A stretch of DNA of 64,000 bases from positions 14,694,001-14,758,000 of the forward strand of contig OZ059900.1 in NCBI GenBank assembly GCA_964057225.1, written 5' to 3'. This DNA is from Auanema rhodensis (Eukaryota > Animalia > Nematoda). Below the pieces are notes generated by a model. That model made no database searches and was not told where the DNA came from. It was given only the letters and a program-made list of their open reading frames with translations. How positions within the stretch are numbered: position 1 is the first letter of the stretch; each line of letters starts with the position of its first letter. The position numbers and the translations under genes are program-made. Shown one piece after another: positions 9,892 through 22,700 of the stretch.

Positions 9892-12828
9892 ATGAAAGAA
9901 CTTGACCTAAAAGAGGCTGATCTCACGCAACGACAAAAAGACGAACTACGAAACATCATTCGTCAACGTAAGAAGGCATTCCTCAATGAAGATAAAAAGA
10001 TAGGATTGTTCAAAGGACCAGTAGAACACAAGATACCACTACGAACGGATATGGATATGCCAAAGCCACGAATTTCACGTATACCTCTCGGGAAAAAGGA
10101 AGAGGTAGAAAGACAAGTCCAAGAAATGCTCGAGCAAGGGATAATAGAACGATCGACATCTTTGTTCAACAGCCCTGTCGTTCTCGTTAGGAAAAAAGAC
10201 GAAACATTCCGTTTCGTTACGGATTTCCGAGCCTTAAATAACGTTACAAGAAAACAAACATATGTGATTCCTAACATCTCTGATATCATTGACTTAGCGG
10301 CTGGATCACAATACTTTTCTAATTTTGATCTTGTTTCTGGCTTTTTCCAAATACCATTATCGAAGAAGGATAGACCACTCACATTCTTTACCACCAATAG
10401 TGGGACTTATCAATACAGGAGAATGCCTATGGGATTATGTGGTGCGCCACATACCTTTCAAACAGCCGTGAGATATCTCCAAAGTAAATGTAAATGCCGA
10501 CTATTTGTCTATTTGGACGATTTACTAGTCATATCAGACAGCGCAGAACAACACCTCGAAGACATCAAAGAAGTATTACTCGCTGTAGAAAGACTAGGAT
10601 TTAAGATTAAACTCAAGAAATGTTCATTTGCAAGACCAGAAGTGAAATTTCTCGGACTCATTGTCGGAAGAGACGGAGTTAAGCCCGATCAACAGAAAGT
10701 TTCCGCCATCCGCGATTACCCTGCTCCTCAAACACCCACAGGAGTAAGAGCATTCTTAGGAATGGTCGGATTCTTTAGAAAATTTATTAAAGATTTTGCA
10801 CATATAGCAAGTCCGCTGTATGACCTTACTAAGCTAGACGCAGACTTCAATTGGACTAGCGAATGTCAACGTTCACTAGATAAGCTAAAGGAACGACTAA
10901 TCGAAGCACCGGTATTGAAACCACCACGATCAGACCGAACTTTCATCATTGAAAGTGATGGCAGCAACATCGCCATAGGCGCAGTATTACTGCAGCCCGA
11001 AGATCCAAACGAACCATTCAAGAACTTACATCCAATTGCTTTCGCAAGTAGGAAATTAGTAAAAGCAGAACGTAACTATGCTCCCATAGAGATAGAAGCC
11101 TTAGGCATAGTTTACACTCTAGCACAGTTTCGAACATACATACTTGGATCACATTCAATTTGCATCACCGATCATCGCCCATTGACAAGCTTACTAACTA
11201 GAAGAGACCTATTTGGAAGACTAGCAAAGTTCCAATTGGTCATACAGGAATACGATATTGAGATCAAATATCGAGAAGGCAGATTAAACAAAGTCTGTGA
11301 CGCACTCTCTAGATACATTGGAGATGAAGCTAACGATCCAAAGACGTCGAACAAGAAACAAAAGACGAATTCGAAAGAGAAAATTGAGACACAACAAGTA
11401 AATGTTGTGAAGTTACCAGAATTCAGCTCAATCCAACAAAATACTCCTTGGATCAAGAGAACAATAGCTGAGATTGAATACAGAACGAAGAAAAATATGA
11501 TTCAAAATGATCGTTATTGTGTTATAAACAACTTACTCTACACAAAACCAAGCGTCAAAAGACCTCATCCAGCGTTAATATTGCCATCGGATAGTGATAT
11601 AATTAACAAAATCATTGAAGAATTTCATGAAGACCCAACAATCGGGGCGCATCAAGGAATCAACAAAACAAAAGAAGCCATATTACGAAGATTTTCCTGG
11701 ACTAACATGCAGAACGACATAGCAAAATACGTAAAACAGTGCATCAAATGTGCACAACGAAAGAAAGATCCTCATGCTATGACCGTACAACCAATGGGTC
11801 AATTTAACATACCAACAAAACCATTTGAGAGAATACATATGGATATCATGGGACCATTCCCAACATCAAAAAGGAACAACAGCTATGTCCTCACAATACA
11901 AGACTCTTTCTCCAAATGGGCTACAACTATCGCCATACCAACAATTGTTAGTGAAGTTGTCATTGATAGATTCCTCAGAAACTTTGTATATGTCTATGGA
12001 CCACCGAACCGCTTAATAACAGACCGCGGTTCCAACTTCCTATCAAGGAAATTTGAAGACATGTGCGAAAAACTCGGTATCAAACATGAATCAACACTCC
12101 CACATCAGAAGAATTCCAATGGACAAGTAGAAAGACTTCATAGAACGTTAGAAGAAGGACTCACACATTATCTCAACGAAGATGTCACTGATTGGGACAT
12201 GTTTTTGCCAAAAATTACCTTTGCATTGAACACCACAACGCATGCAACCACAGGAATATCACCATACGTTGTACTATTCGGGAAAGAAAGCCGTTTGAGA
12301 TTGGATAAAGATTTATACCCCGAAACAACTGAACCAAAGGAAATTTCAAAGGAGATTGAAAATATTGAGAAAATCCGAAGCAAACAGAAAACAATCATTC
12401 AAGAAAAATTGGAAAAGCATCAAGAATTAGCAAAAAAGAAACATGATGCTCGATTACGCACTCACGAAAGAGATATACAAGAAGGAGACTGCGTTATGTT
12501 AGCTGTGAAAATGCACAAGCCAGGACAAAAGCTTCGGAAAGCTTATGATGGACCATTTGAAGTTATTAATGTGAAGGGAAACATGGTTCAAATCAAAAAC
12601 CTTTTGGGAAAGATCCAAGACGTTCACAAGGACAATCTCAAATTATTTAATCGAGAAAAAGATGACGGAATCGCACATAAGCCCAGTACACGTACAGACA
12701 GCTCAGACGATGACAGCGATATCGAAATCATAGAGGTTATCAACGGAAACAACAACGATGAAGACTCTTATGACGAACCAGAAGACCTTTCGGATACAAA
12801 TTGGCTACCATCAAGAAAAAACCATTAA
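9892..12828 (+). CDS. pol: Pol: reverse transcriptase, RNase H, integrase with acidic tail
   Basis: SPVVLVRKKD..RFVTDFR.LN, DL.SGFFQI, MPMGL, YLDD (10510-10521); SDGS..AIGAVL, E.EALG, TDHRPL; H..H..CxxC, HMDIMGP, TDRGSNF, NGQVER, YDGPF. Confidence 0.97.
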   Translation: MKELDLKEADLTQRQKDELRNIIRQRKKAFLNEDKKIGLFKGPVEHKIPLRTDMDMPKPRISRIPLGKKEEVERQVQEMLEQGIIERSTSLFNSPVVLVRKKDETFRFVTDFRALNNVTRKQTYVIPNISDIIDLAAGSQYFSNFDLVSGFFQIPLSKKDRPLTFFTTNSGTYQYRRMPMGLCGAPHTFQTAVRYLQSKCKCRLFVYLDDLLVISDSAEQHLEDIKEVLLAVERLGFKIKLKKCSFARPEVKFLGLIVGRDGVKPDQQKVSAIRDYPAPQTPTGVRAFLGMVGFFRKFIKDFAHIASPLYDLTKLDADFNWTSECQRSLDKLKERLIEAPVLKPPRSDRTFIIESDGSNIAIGAVLLQPEDPNEPFKNLHPIAFASRKLVKAERNYAPIEIEALGIVYTLAQFRTYILGSHSICITDHRPLTSLLTRRDLFGRLAKFQLVIQEYDIEIKYREGRLNKVCDALSRYIGDEANDPKTSNKKQKTNSKEKIETQQVNVVKLPEFSSIQQNTPWIKRTIAEIEYRTKKNMIQNDRYCVINNLLYTKPSVKRPHPALILPSDSDIINKIIEEFHEDPTIGAHQGINKTKEAILRRFSWTNMQNDIAKYVKQCIKCAQRKKDPHAMTVQPMGQFNIPTKPFERIHMDIMGPFPTSKRNNSYVLTIQDSFSKWATTIAIPTIVSEVVIDRFLRNFVYVYGPPNRLITDRGSNFLSRKFEDMCEKLGIKHESTLPHQKNSNGQVERLHRTLEEGLTHYLNEDVTDWDMFLPKITFALNTTTHATTGISPYVVLFGKESRLRLDKDLYPETTEPKEISKEIENIEKIRSKQKTIIQEKLEKHQELAKKKHDARLRTHERDIQEGDCVMLAVKMHKPGQKLRKAYDGPFEVINVKGNMVQIKNLLGKIQDVHKDNLKLFNREKDDGIAHKPSTRTDSSDDDSDIEIIEVINGNNNDEDSYDEPEDLSDTNWLPSRKNH

Positions 12829-13483
12829 CTCATGAGATTTTATTGTAAATTGTTTTGTAATAACTTTCTTTAAAGTAATACTAGAACACAAATTTTGTAA
12901 CGAGTCCTCTAAAACAAGTCACTCTTAAGTCAAAAAGTAAACTAGAGCATAATGAACACGGGAAATGTGAGAAGATAATTCTTTATCATATAGTTCGAAC
13001 CTTCCTAATTTCAACTAACTTCCCCATACTAGATGAGATGAAAAATGAAAGACATAGTTTGCAACAATATCTGAGCAACAGTCTTCACTTGAGTAATCAA
13101 TGACTCAATTTGGAAGTTATTTGGTATTACGCAAAACTTTTCTTTTTTTTTCTAAACTCACACAAATTGAAACAAACAACCGAGCTCTAGCAAAAAAATA
13201 GTTAACTTTTTGTCTACACTTGTTAGAGCGTTATGCTTAGAAACTTTTTTATTATTATTTTATAAGTATATTTTCGCCAATAAAACATAGTCTAGTATTC
13301 GTTAAAGAGGGTTAAAACTTTCATAATTTGGTTAAAAATTTTTTAATTCTTTTCAGATACTGATGTTTTATATTGTATTATGTTCATATTATAAGAATTT
13401 TACGTAAAATATTGTATTGTAACATGTACTTTAATACACACATTAACCCTTCTGCTACAGTTAATCAAGTCAAAACTTTTGAT

Positions 13484-13517
13484 TGTCGCGAGGACGCGAC
13501 ATAAACTCGAAAAAGGG
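13484..13517 (+). promoter_or_regulatory. Pre-PPT hairpin and polypurine tract
   Basis: TGTCGCG-AGGA-CGCGACA stem-loop (GAGGAC-type motif common before Ty3/gypsy PPTs), then GAAAAAGGG at 13509-13517, 2 nt before the 3' LTR start. Confidence 0.8.
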
Positions 13518-13519
13518 CA

Positions 13520-13559
13520 CGTTCCATTCGAATGATCAATGCATTACATTCATGGAACG
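13520..13559 (+). repeat. 3' LTR remnant (34 bp identical to 2264-2297, then GGAACG)
   Basis: CGTTCCATTCGAATGATCAATGCATTACATTCAT is a direct repeat of the 5' LTR start. Confidence 0.85.
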
Positions 13560-13713
13560 TCAGCGTTTATCAATCGTTAATTGTAACACCAAACTTCAAT
13601 TAGCTCTTTGAGTAAAGTAGGCCATAAATCAAGATATGTTAGAGACAGTGTTTCATTTTTCTACTTTAATTCAAACTCACACTCTTAATGAAAGTTTCTA
13701 AGTGCAAATTCAA

Positions 13714-13785
13714 TCCTCGGTAGTATAGTGGTGAGTATCCGCGTCTGTCACATGCGAGACCCGGGTTCAATTCCCGGCCGGGGAG
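13714..13785 (+). tRNA. tRNA-Asp: tRNA-Asp(GTC), representative array copy
   Basis: TCCTCGG/CCGGGGA acceptor stem, G discriminator, anticodon arm CGCGT-CTGTCAC-ATGCG, A box TAGTATAGTGG, B box GGTTCAATTCC, no encoded CCA. Matches my recollection of the C. elegans tRNA-Asp. Confidence 0.97.
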
Positions 13786-13789
13786 AATG

Positions 13790-13794
13790 TTTTT
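13790..13794 (+). terminator. RNA polymerase III oligo-dT terminator (T4-T5 in the array units)
   Basis: AATG-TTTTT immediately after the discriminator base. Confidence 0.85.
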
Positions 13795-16700
13795 GTTCTG
13801 ATTCATCGTTATTGAATGTTATGCTATTTTTGTTTTCTTCAAAAAGTCGGATAAAGACGATAATTATTAGAAAAAAGATTGTTTTAAACTTTCTGCTTTT
13901 TCAAAAGTGATTTGAGCTTGTGATTTTTTTTTAAATTTTCAAACATTTCTATTTAATTTAAGTGTTCTATCTTAATTACGATGAAAAAAATTGATACGTC
14001 AGCGTTTATCAATCGTTAATTGTAACACCAAACTTCAATTAGCTCTTTGAGTAAAGTAGGCCATAAATCAAGATATGTTAGAGACAGTGTTTCATTTTTC
14101 TACTTTAATTCAAACTCACACTCTTAATGAAAGTTTCTAAGTGCAAATTCAATCCTCGGTAGTATAGTGGTGAGTATCCGCGTCTGTCACATGCGAGACC
14201 CGGGTTCAATTCCCGGCCGGGGAGAATGTTTTTGTTCTGATTCATCGTTATTGAATGTTATGCTATTTTTGTTTTCTTCAAAAAGTCGGATAAAAACGAT
14301 AATTATTAGAAAAAAGATTGTTTTAAACTTTCTGCTTTTTCAAAAGTGATTTGAGCTTGTGATTTTTTTTTAAATTTTCGAACATTTCTATTTAATTTAA
14401 GTGTTCTATCTTAATTACGATGAAAAAAATTGATACGTCAGCGTTTATCAATCGTTAATTGTAACACCAAACTTCAATTAGCTCTTTGAGTAAAGTAGGC
14501 CATAAATCAAGATATGTTAGAGACAGTGTTTCATTTTTCTACTTTAATTCAAACTCACACTCTTAATGAAAGTTTCTAAGTGCAAATTCAATCCTCGGTA
14601 GTATAGTGGTGAGTATCCGCGTCTGTCACATGCGAGACCCGGGTTCAATTCCCGGCCGGGGAGAATGTTTTTGTTCTGATTCATCGTTATTGAATGTTAT
14701 GCTATTTTTGTTTTCTTCAAAAAGTCGGATGAAGACGATAATTATTAGAAAAAAGATTGTTTTAAACTTTCTGCTTTTTCAAAAGTGATTTGAGCTTGTG
14801 ATTTTTTTTTAAATTTTCAAACATTTCTATTTAATTTAAGTGTTCTATCTTAATTACGATGAAAAAAAATGGAACGTCAGCGTTAATCAATTGTTCATTG
14901 TAACACCAAACTTCAATTAGCTCTTTGATTAAAGTAGGCCATGAATCAAGATATGTTAGAGACAGTGTTTCATTTTTCTACTTTAATTCAAACTCACACT
15001 CTTAATGAAAGTTTCTAAGTGCAAATTCAATCCTCGGTAGTATAGTGGTGAGTATCCGCGTCTGTCACATGCGAGACCCGGGTTCAATTCCCGGCCGGGG
15101 AGAATGTTTTTGTTCTGATTCATCGTTATTGAATGTTATGCTATTTTTGTTTTCTTCAAAAAGTCGGATAAAAACGATAATTATTAGAAAAAAGATTGTT
15201 TTAAACTTTCTGCTTTTTCAAAAGTGATTTGAGCTTGTGATTTTTTTTTAAATTTTCAAACATTTCTATTTAATTTAAGTGTTCTATCTTAATTACGATG
15301 AAAAAAATTGATACGTCAGCGTTTATCAATCGTTAATTGTAACACCAAACTTCAATTAGCTCTTTGAGTAAAGTAGGCCATAAATCAAGATATGTTAGAG
15401 ACAGTGTTTCATTTTTCTACTTTAATTCAAACTCACACTCTTAATGAAAGTTTCTAAGTGCAAATTCAATCCTCGGTAGTATAGTGGTGAGTATCCGCGT
15501 CTGTCACATGCGAGACCCGGGTTCAATTCCCGGCCGGGGAGAATGTTTTTGTTCTGATTCATCGTTATTGAATGTTATGCTATTTTTGTTTTCTTCCAAA
15601 AGTCGGATAAAAAAGATAATTATTAGAAAAAAGGTTGTTTTATTTTAAACTTTCTGTTTTTTCAAAAGTGATTTGAGCTTGTGATTTTTTTTTAAATTTT
15701 CAAACATTTCTATTTAATTTAAGTGTTCTATCTTAATTACGATGAAAAAAAATGGAACGTCAGCGTTAATCAATTGTTCATTGTAACACCAAACTTCAAT
15801 TAGCGCTTTGATTAAAGTAGGCCATGAATCAAGATATGTTAGAGACAGTGTTTCATTTTTCTACTTTAATTCAAACTCACATTCTTAATGAAAGTTTCTA
15901 AGTGCAAATTCAATCCTCGGTAGTATAGTGGTGAGTATCCGCGTCTGTCACATGCGAGACCCGGGTTCAATTCCCGGCCGGGGAGAATGCTTTTGTTCTG
16001 ATTCATCATTATTGAATGTTATGCTATTTTTGTTTTCTTCAAAAAGTCGGATAAAGACGATAATTATTAGAAAAAAGATTGTTTTAAACTTTCTGCTTTT
16101 TCAAAAGTGGTTTGAGCTTGTGATTTTTTTTAAATTTTCAAACATTTCTATTTAATTTAAGTGTTCTATCTTAATTACGATGAAAAAAATTGATACGTCA
16201 ACGTTTATCAATCGTTAATTGTAACACCAAACTTCAATTAGCTCTTTGAGTAAAGTAGGCCATAAATCAAGATATGTTAGAGACAGTGTTTCATTTTTCT
16301 ACTTTAATTCAAACTCACACTCTTAATGAAAGTTTCTAAGTGCAAATTCAATCCTCGGTAGTATAGTGGTGAGTATCCGCGTCTGTCACATGCGAGACCC
16401 GGGATCAATTCCCGGCCGGGGAGAATGTTTTTGTTCTGATTCATCGTTATTGAATGTTATGCTATTTTTGTTTTCTTCAAAAAGTCGGATAAAGACGATA
16501 ATTATTAGAAAAAAGATTGTTTTAAACTTTCTGCTTTTTCAAAAGTGATTTGAGCTTGTGATTTTTTTTAAATTTTCAAACATTTCTATTTAATTTAAGT
16601 GTTCTATCTTAATTACGATGAAAAAAATTGATACGTCAGCGTTTATCAATCGTTAATTGTAACACCAAACTTCAATTAGCTCTTTGAGTAAAGTAGGCCA

Positions 16701-19700
16701 TAAATCAAGATATGTTAGAGACAGTGTTTCATTTTTCTACTTTAATTCAAACTCACACTCTTAATGAAAGTTTCTAAGTGCAAATTCAATCCTCGGTAGT
16801 ATAGTGGTGAGTATCCGCGTCTGTCACATGCGAGACCCGGGTTCAATTCCCGGCCGGGGAGAATGTTTTTGTTCTGATTCATCGTTATTGAATGTTATGC
16901 TATTTTTGTTTTCTTCAAAAAGTCGGATAAAGACGATAATTATTAGAAAAAAGATTGTTTTAAACTTTCTGCTTTTTCAAAAGTGATTTGAGCTTGTGAT
17001 TTTTTTTAAATTCTTAAACATTTCCATTTAATTTAAATGTTCTATCTCAATTACGATGAAAAAAATTGAAACGTCAGCGTTAATCAATTGTTCATTCTAA
17101 CACCAAACTTCAATTAGCTCTTTGAGTAAAGTAGGCCATAAATCAAGATATGTTAGAGACAGTGTTTCATTTTTCTACTTTAATTCAAACTCACACTCTT
17201 AATGAAAGTTTCTAAGTGCAAATTCAATCCTCGGTAGTATAGTGGTGAGTATCCGCGTCTGTCACATGCGAGACCCGGGATCAATTCCCGGCCGGGGAGA
17301 ATGTTTTTGTTCTGATTCATCGTTATTGAATGTTATGCTATTTTTGTTTTCTTCAAAAAGTCGGATAAAGACGATAATTATTAGAAAAAAGATTGTTTTA
17401 AACTTTCTGCTTTTTCAAAAGTGATTTGAGCTTGTGATTTTTTTTAAATTTTCAAACATTTCTATTTAATTTAAGTGTTCTATCTTAATTACGATGAAAA
17501 AAATTGATACGTCAGCGTTTATCAATCGTTAATTGTAACACCAAACTTCAATTAGCTCTTTGAGTAAAGTAGGCCATAAATCAAGATATGTTAGAGACAG
17601 TGTTTCATTTTTCTACTTTAATTCAAACTCACACTCTTAATGAAAGTTTCTAAGTGCAAATTCAATCCTCGGTAGTATAGTGGTGAGTATCCGCGTCTGT
17701 CACATGCGAGACCCGGGTTCAATTCCCGGCCGGGGAGAATGCTTTTGTTCTGATTCATCATTATTGAATGTTATGCTATTTTTGTTTTCTTCAAAAAGTC
17801 GGATAAAGACGATAATTATTAGAAAAAAGATTGTTTTAAACTTTCTGCTTTTTCAAAAGTGGTTTGAGCTTGTGATTTTTTTTAAATTTTCAAACATTTC
17901 TATTTAATTTAAGTGTTCTATCTTAATTACGATGAAAAAAATTGATACGTCAACGTTTATCAATCGTTAATTGTAACACCAAACTTCAATTAGCTCTTTG
18001 AGTAAAGTAGGCCATAAATCAAGATATGTTAGAGACAGTGTTTCATTTTTCTACTTTAATTCAAACTCACACTCTTAATGAAAGTTTCTAAGTGCAAATT
18101 CAATCCTCGGTAGTATAGTGGTGAGTATCCGCGTCTGTCACATGCGAGACCCGGGATCAATTCCCGGCCGGGGAGAATGTTTTTGTTCTGATTCATCGTT
18201 ATTGAATGTTATGCTATTTTTGTTTTCTTCAAAAAGTCGGATAAAGACGATAATTATTAGAAAAAAGATTGTTTTAAACTTTCTGCTTTTTCAAAAGTGA
18301 TTTGAGCTTGTGATTTTTTTTAAATTTTCAAACATTTCTATTTAATTTAAGTGTTCTATCTTAATTACGATGAAAAAAATTGATACGTCAGCGTTTATCA
18401 ATCGTTAATTGTAACACCAAACTTCAATTAGCTCTTTGAGTAAAGTAGGCCATAAATCAAGATATGTTAGAGACAGTGTTTCATTTTTCTACTTTAATTC
18501 AAACTCACACTCTTAATGAAAGTTTCTAAGTGCAAATTCAATCCTCGGTAGTATAGTGGTGAGTATCCGCGTCTGTCACATGCGAGACCCGGGTTCAATT
18601 CCCGGCCGGGGAGAATGTTTTTGTTCTGATTCATCGTTATTGAATGTTATGCTATTTTTGTTTTCTTCCAAAAGTCGGATAAAAAAGATAATTATTAGAA
18701 AAAAGGTTGTTTTATTTTAAACTTTCTGTTTTTTCAAAAGTGATTTGAGCTTGTGATTTTTTTTTAAATTTTCAAACATTTCTATTTAATTTAAGTGTTC
18801 TATCTTAATTACGATGAAAAAAAATGGAACGTCAGCGTTAATCAATTGTTCATTGTAACACCAAACTTCAATTAGCTCTTTGATTAAGGTAGGCCATGAA
18901 TCAAGATATGTTAGAGACAGTGTTTCATTTTTCTACTTTAATTCAAACTCACACTCTTAATGAAAGTTTCTAAGTGCAAATTCAATCCTCGGTAGTATAG
19001 TGGTGAGTATCCGCGTCTGTCACATGCGAGACCCGGGTTCAATTCCCGGCCGGGGAGAATGCTTTTGTTCTGATTCATCATTATTGAATGTTATGCTATT
19101 TTTGTTTTCTTCAAAAAGTCGGATAAAGACGATAATTATTAGAAAAAAGATTGTTTTAAACTTTCTGCTTTTTCAAAAGTGGTTTGAGCTTGTGATTTTT
19201 TTTAAATTTTCAAACATTTCTATTTAATTTAAGTGTTCTATCTTAATTACGATGAAAAAAATTGATACGTCAACGTTTATCAATCGTTAATTGTAACACC
19301 AAACTTCAATTAGCTCTTTGAGTAAAGTAGGCCATAAATCAAGATATGTTAGAGACAGTGTTTCATTTTTCTACTTTAATTCAAACTCACACTCTTAATG
19401 AAAGTTTCTAAGTGCAAATTCAATCCTCGGTAGTATAGTGGTGAGTATCCGCGTCTGTCACATGCGAGACCCGGGTTCAATTCCCGGCCGGGGAGAATGT
19501 TTTTGTTCTGATTCATCGTGATTGAATGTTATGCTATTTTTGTTTTCTTCAAAAAGTCGGATAAAGACGATAATTATTAGAAAAAAGATTGTTTTAAACT
19601 TTCTGCTTTTTCAAAAGTGATTTGAGCTTGTGATTTTTTTTAAATTTTCAAACATTTCTATTTAATTTAAGTGTTCTATCTTAATTACGATGAAAAAAAT

Positions 19701-22700
19701 TGATACGTCAGCGTTTATCAATCGTTAATTGTAACACCAAACTTCAATTAGCTCTTTGAGTAAAGTAGGCCATAAATCAAGATATGTTAGAGACAGTGTT
19801 TCATTTTTCTACTTTAATTCAAACTCACACTCTTAATGAAAGTTTCTAAGTGCAAATTCAATCCTCGGTAGTATAGTGGTGAGTATCCGCGTCTGTCACA
19901 TGCGAGACCCGGGTTCAATTCCCGGCCGGGGAGAATGTTTTTGTTCTGATTCATCGTTATTGAATGTTATGCTATTTTTGTTTTCTTCCAAAAGTCGGAT
20001 AAAAAAGATAATTATTAGAAAAAAGGTTGTTTTATTTTAAACTTTCTGTTTTTTCAAAAGTGATTTGAGCTTGTGATTTTTTTTTAAATTTTCAAACATT
20101 TCTATTTAATTTAAGTGTTCTATCTTAATTACGATGAAAAAAAATGGAACGTCAGCGTTAATCAATTGTTCATTGTAACACCAAACTTCAATTAGCTCTT
20201 TGATTAAAGTAGGCCATGAATCAAGATATGTTAGAGACAGTGTTTCATTTTTCTACTTTAATTCAAACTCACACTCTTAATGAAAGTTTCTAAGTGCAAA
20301 TTCAATCCTCGGTAGTATAGTGGTGAGTATCCGCGTCTGTCACATGCGAGACCCGGGTTCAATTCCCGGCCGGGGAGAATGCTTTTGTTCTGATTCATCA
20401 TTATTGAATGTTATGCTATTTTTGTTTTCTTCAAAAAGTCGGATAAAGACGATAATTATTAGAAAAAAGATTGTTTTAAACTTTCTGCTTTTTCAAAAGT
20501 GGTTTGAGCTTGTGATTTTTTTTAAATTTTCAAACATTTCTATTTAATTTAAGTGTTCTATCTTAATTACGATGAAAAAAATTGATACGTCAACGTTTAT
20601 CAATCGTTAATTGTAACACCAAACTTCAATTAGCTCTTTGAGTAAAGTAGGCCATAAATCAAGATATGTTAGAGACAGTGTTTCATTTTTCTACTTTAAT
20701 TCAAACTCACACTCTTAATGAAAGTTTCTAAGTGCAAATTCAATCCTCGGTAGTATAGTGGTGAGTATCCGCGTCTGTCACATGCGAGACCCGGGTTCAA
20801 TTCCCGGCCGGGGAGAATGCTTTTGTTCTGATTCATCATTATTGAATGTTATGCTATTTTTGTTTTCTTCAAAAAGTCGGATAAAGACGATAATTATTAG
20901 AAAAAAGATTGTTTTAAACTTTCTGCTTTTTCAAAAGTGGTTTGAGCTTGTGATTTTTTTTAAATTTTCAAACATTTCTATTTAATTTAAGTGTTCTATC
21001 TTAATTACGATGAAAAAAATTGATACGTCAACGTTTATCAATCGTTAATTGTAACACCAAACTTCAATTAGCTCTTTGAGTAAAGTAGGCCATAAATCAA
21101 GATATGTTAGAGACAGTGTTTCATTTTTCTACTTTAATTCAAACTCACACTCTTAATGAAAGTTTCTAAGTGCAAATTCAATCCTCGGTAGTATAGTGGT
21201 GAGTATCCGCGTCTGTCACATGCGAGACCCGGGATCAATTCCCGGCCGGAGAGAATGTTTTTGTTCTGATTCATCGTTATTGAATGTTATGCTATTTTTG
21301 TTTTCTTCAAAAAGTCGGATAAAGACGATAATTATTAGAAAAAAGATTGTTTTAAACTTTCTGCTTTTTCAAAAGTGATTTGAGCTTGTGATTTTTTTTA
21401 AATTTTCAAACATTTCTATTTAATTTAAGTGTTCTATCTTAATTACGATGAAAGAAATTGATACGTCAGCGTTTATCAATCGTTAATTGTAACACCAAAC
21501 TTCAATTAGCTCTTTGAGTAAAGTAGGCCATAAATCAAGATATGTTAGAGACAGTGTTTCATTTTTCTACTTTAATTCAAACTCACACTCTTAATGAAAG
21601 TTTCTAAGTGCAAATTCAATCCTCGGTAGTATAGTGGTGAGTATCCGCGTCTGTCACATGCGAGACCCGGGTTCAATTCCCGGCCGGGGAGAATGTTTTT
21701 GTTCTGATTCATCGTTATTGAATGTTATGCTATTTTTGTTTTCTTCAAAAAGTCGGATAAAAACGATAATTATTAGAAAAAAGATTGTTTTAAACTTTCT
21801 GCTTTTTCAAAAGTGATTTGAGCTTGTGATTTTTTTTTAAATTTTCAAACATTTCTATTTAATTTAAGTGTTCTATCTTAATTACGATGAAAAAAATTGA
21901 TACGTCAGCGTTTATCAATCGTTAATTGTAACACCAAACTTCAATTAGCTCTTTGAGTAAAGTAGGACATAAATCAAGATATGTTAGAGACAGTGTTTCA
22001 TTTTTCTACTTTAATTCAAACTCACACTCTTAATGAAAGTTTCTAAGTGCAAATTCAATCCTCGGTAGTATAGTGGTGAGTATCCGCGTCTGTCACATGC
22101 GAGACCCGGGTTCAATTCCCGGCCGGGGAGAATGTTTTTGTTCTGATTCATCGTTATTGAATGTTATGCTATTTTTGTTTTCTTCAAAAAGTCGGATAAA
22201 GACGATAATTATTAGAAAAAAGATTGTTTTAAACTTTCTGCTTTTTCAAAAGTGATTTGAGCTTGTGATTTTTTTTAAATTTTCAAACATTTCTATTTAA
22301 TTTAAGTGTTCTATCTTAATTACGATGAAAAAAATTGATACGTCAGCGTTTATCAATCGTTAATTGTAACACCAAACTTCAATTAGCTCTTTGAGTAAAG
22401 TAGGCCATAAATCAAGATATGTTAGAGACAGTGTTTCATTTTTCTACTTTAATTCAAACTCACACTCTTAATGAAAGTTTCTAAGTGCAAATTCAATCCT
22501 CGGTAGTATAGTGGTGAGTAACCGCGTCTGTCACATGCGAGACCCGGGTTCAATTCCCGGCCGGGGAGAATGTTTTTGTTCTGATTCATCGTTATTGAAT
22601 GTTATGCTATTTTTGTTTTCTTCAAAAAGCCGGATAAAGACGATAATTATTAGAAAAAAGATTGTTTTAAACTTTCTGCTTTTTCAAAAGTGGTTTGAGC

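Larger units (their letters stand above)
2264..13559 (+). mobile_element. Env-bearing Ty3/gypsy (Metaviridae-like) LTR retrotransposon / endogenous retrovirus, copy 1; 3' LTR reduced to a stub
   Basis: LTR + PBS, gag, gB-like env, DSG protease, YLDD RT, RNase H, then HHCC/DDE/GPF integrase after RT (Ty3/gypsy order), PPT, and 34 bp of the LTR start repeated at 13520-13553. Confidence 0.95.

Noticed and set aside
5250-12398. Antisense and alternate-frame ORFs overlapping gag/env/pol (e.g. 5425-5739, 6978-7406, 7775-7969, 7803-8057, 9963-10397)
   Set aside because: Shadows of the main frame's codon bias and low-complexity tracts, with no recognisable motifs.
13484-13491. TGTCGCGA shared between the gypsy pre-PPT hairpin and the start of the second LTR (50497)
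   Set aside because: Only 8 bp with no further similarity; treated as coincidence.
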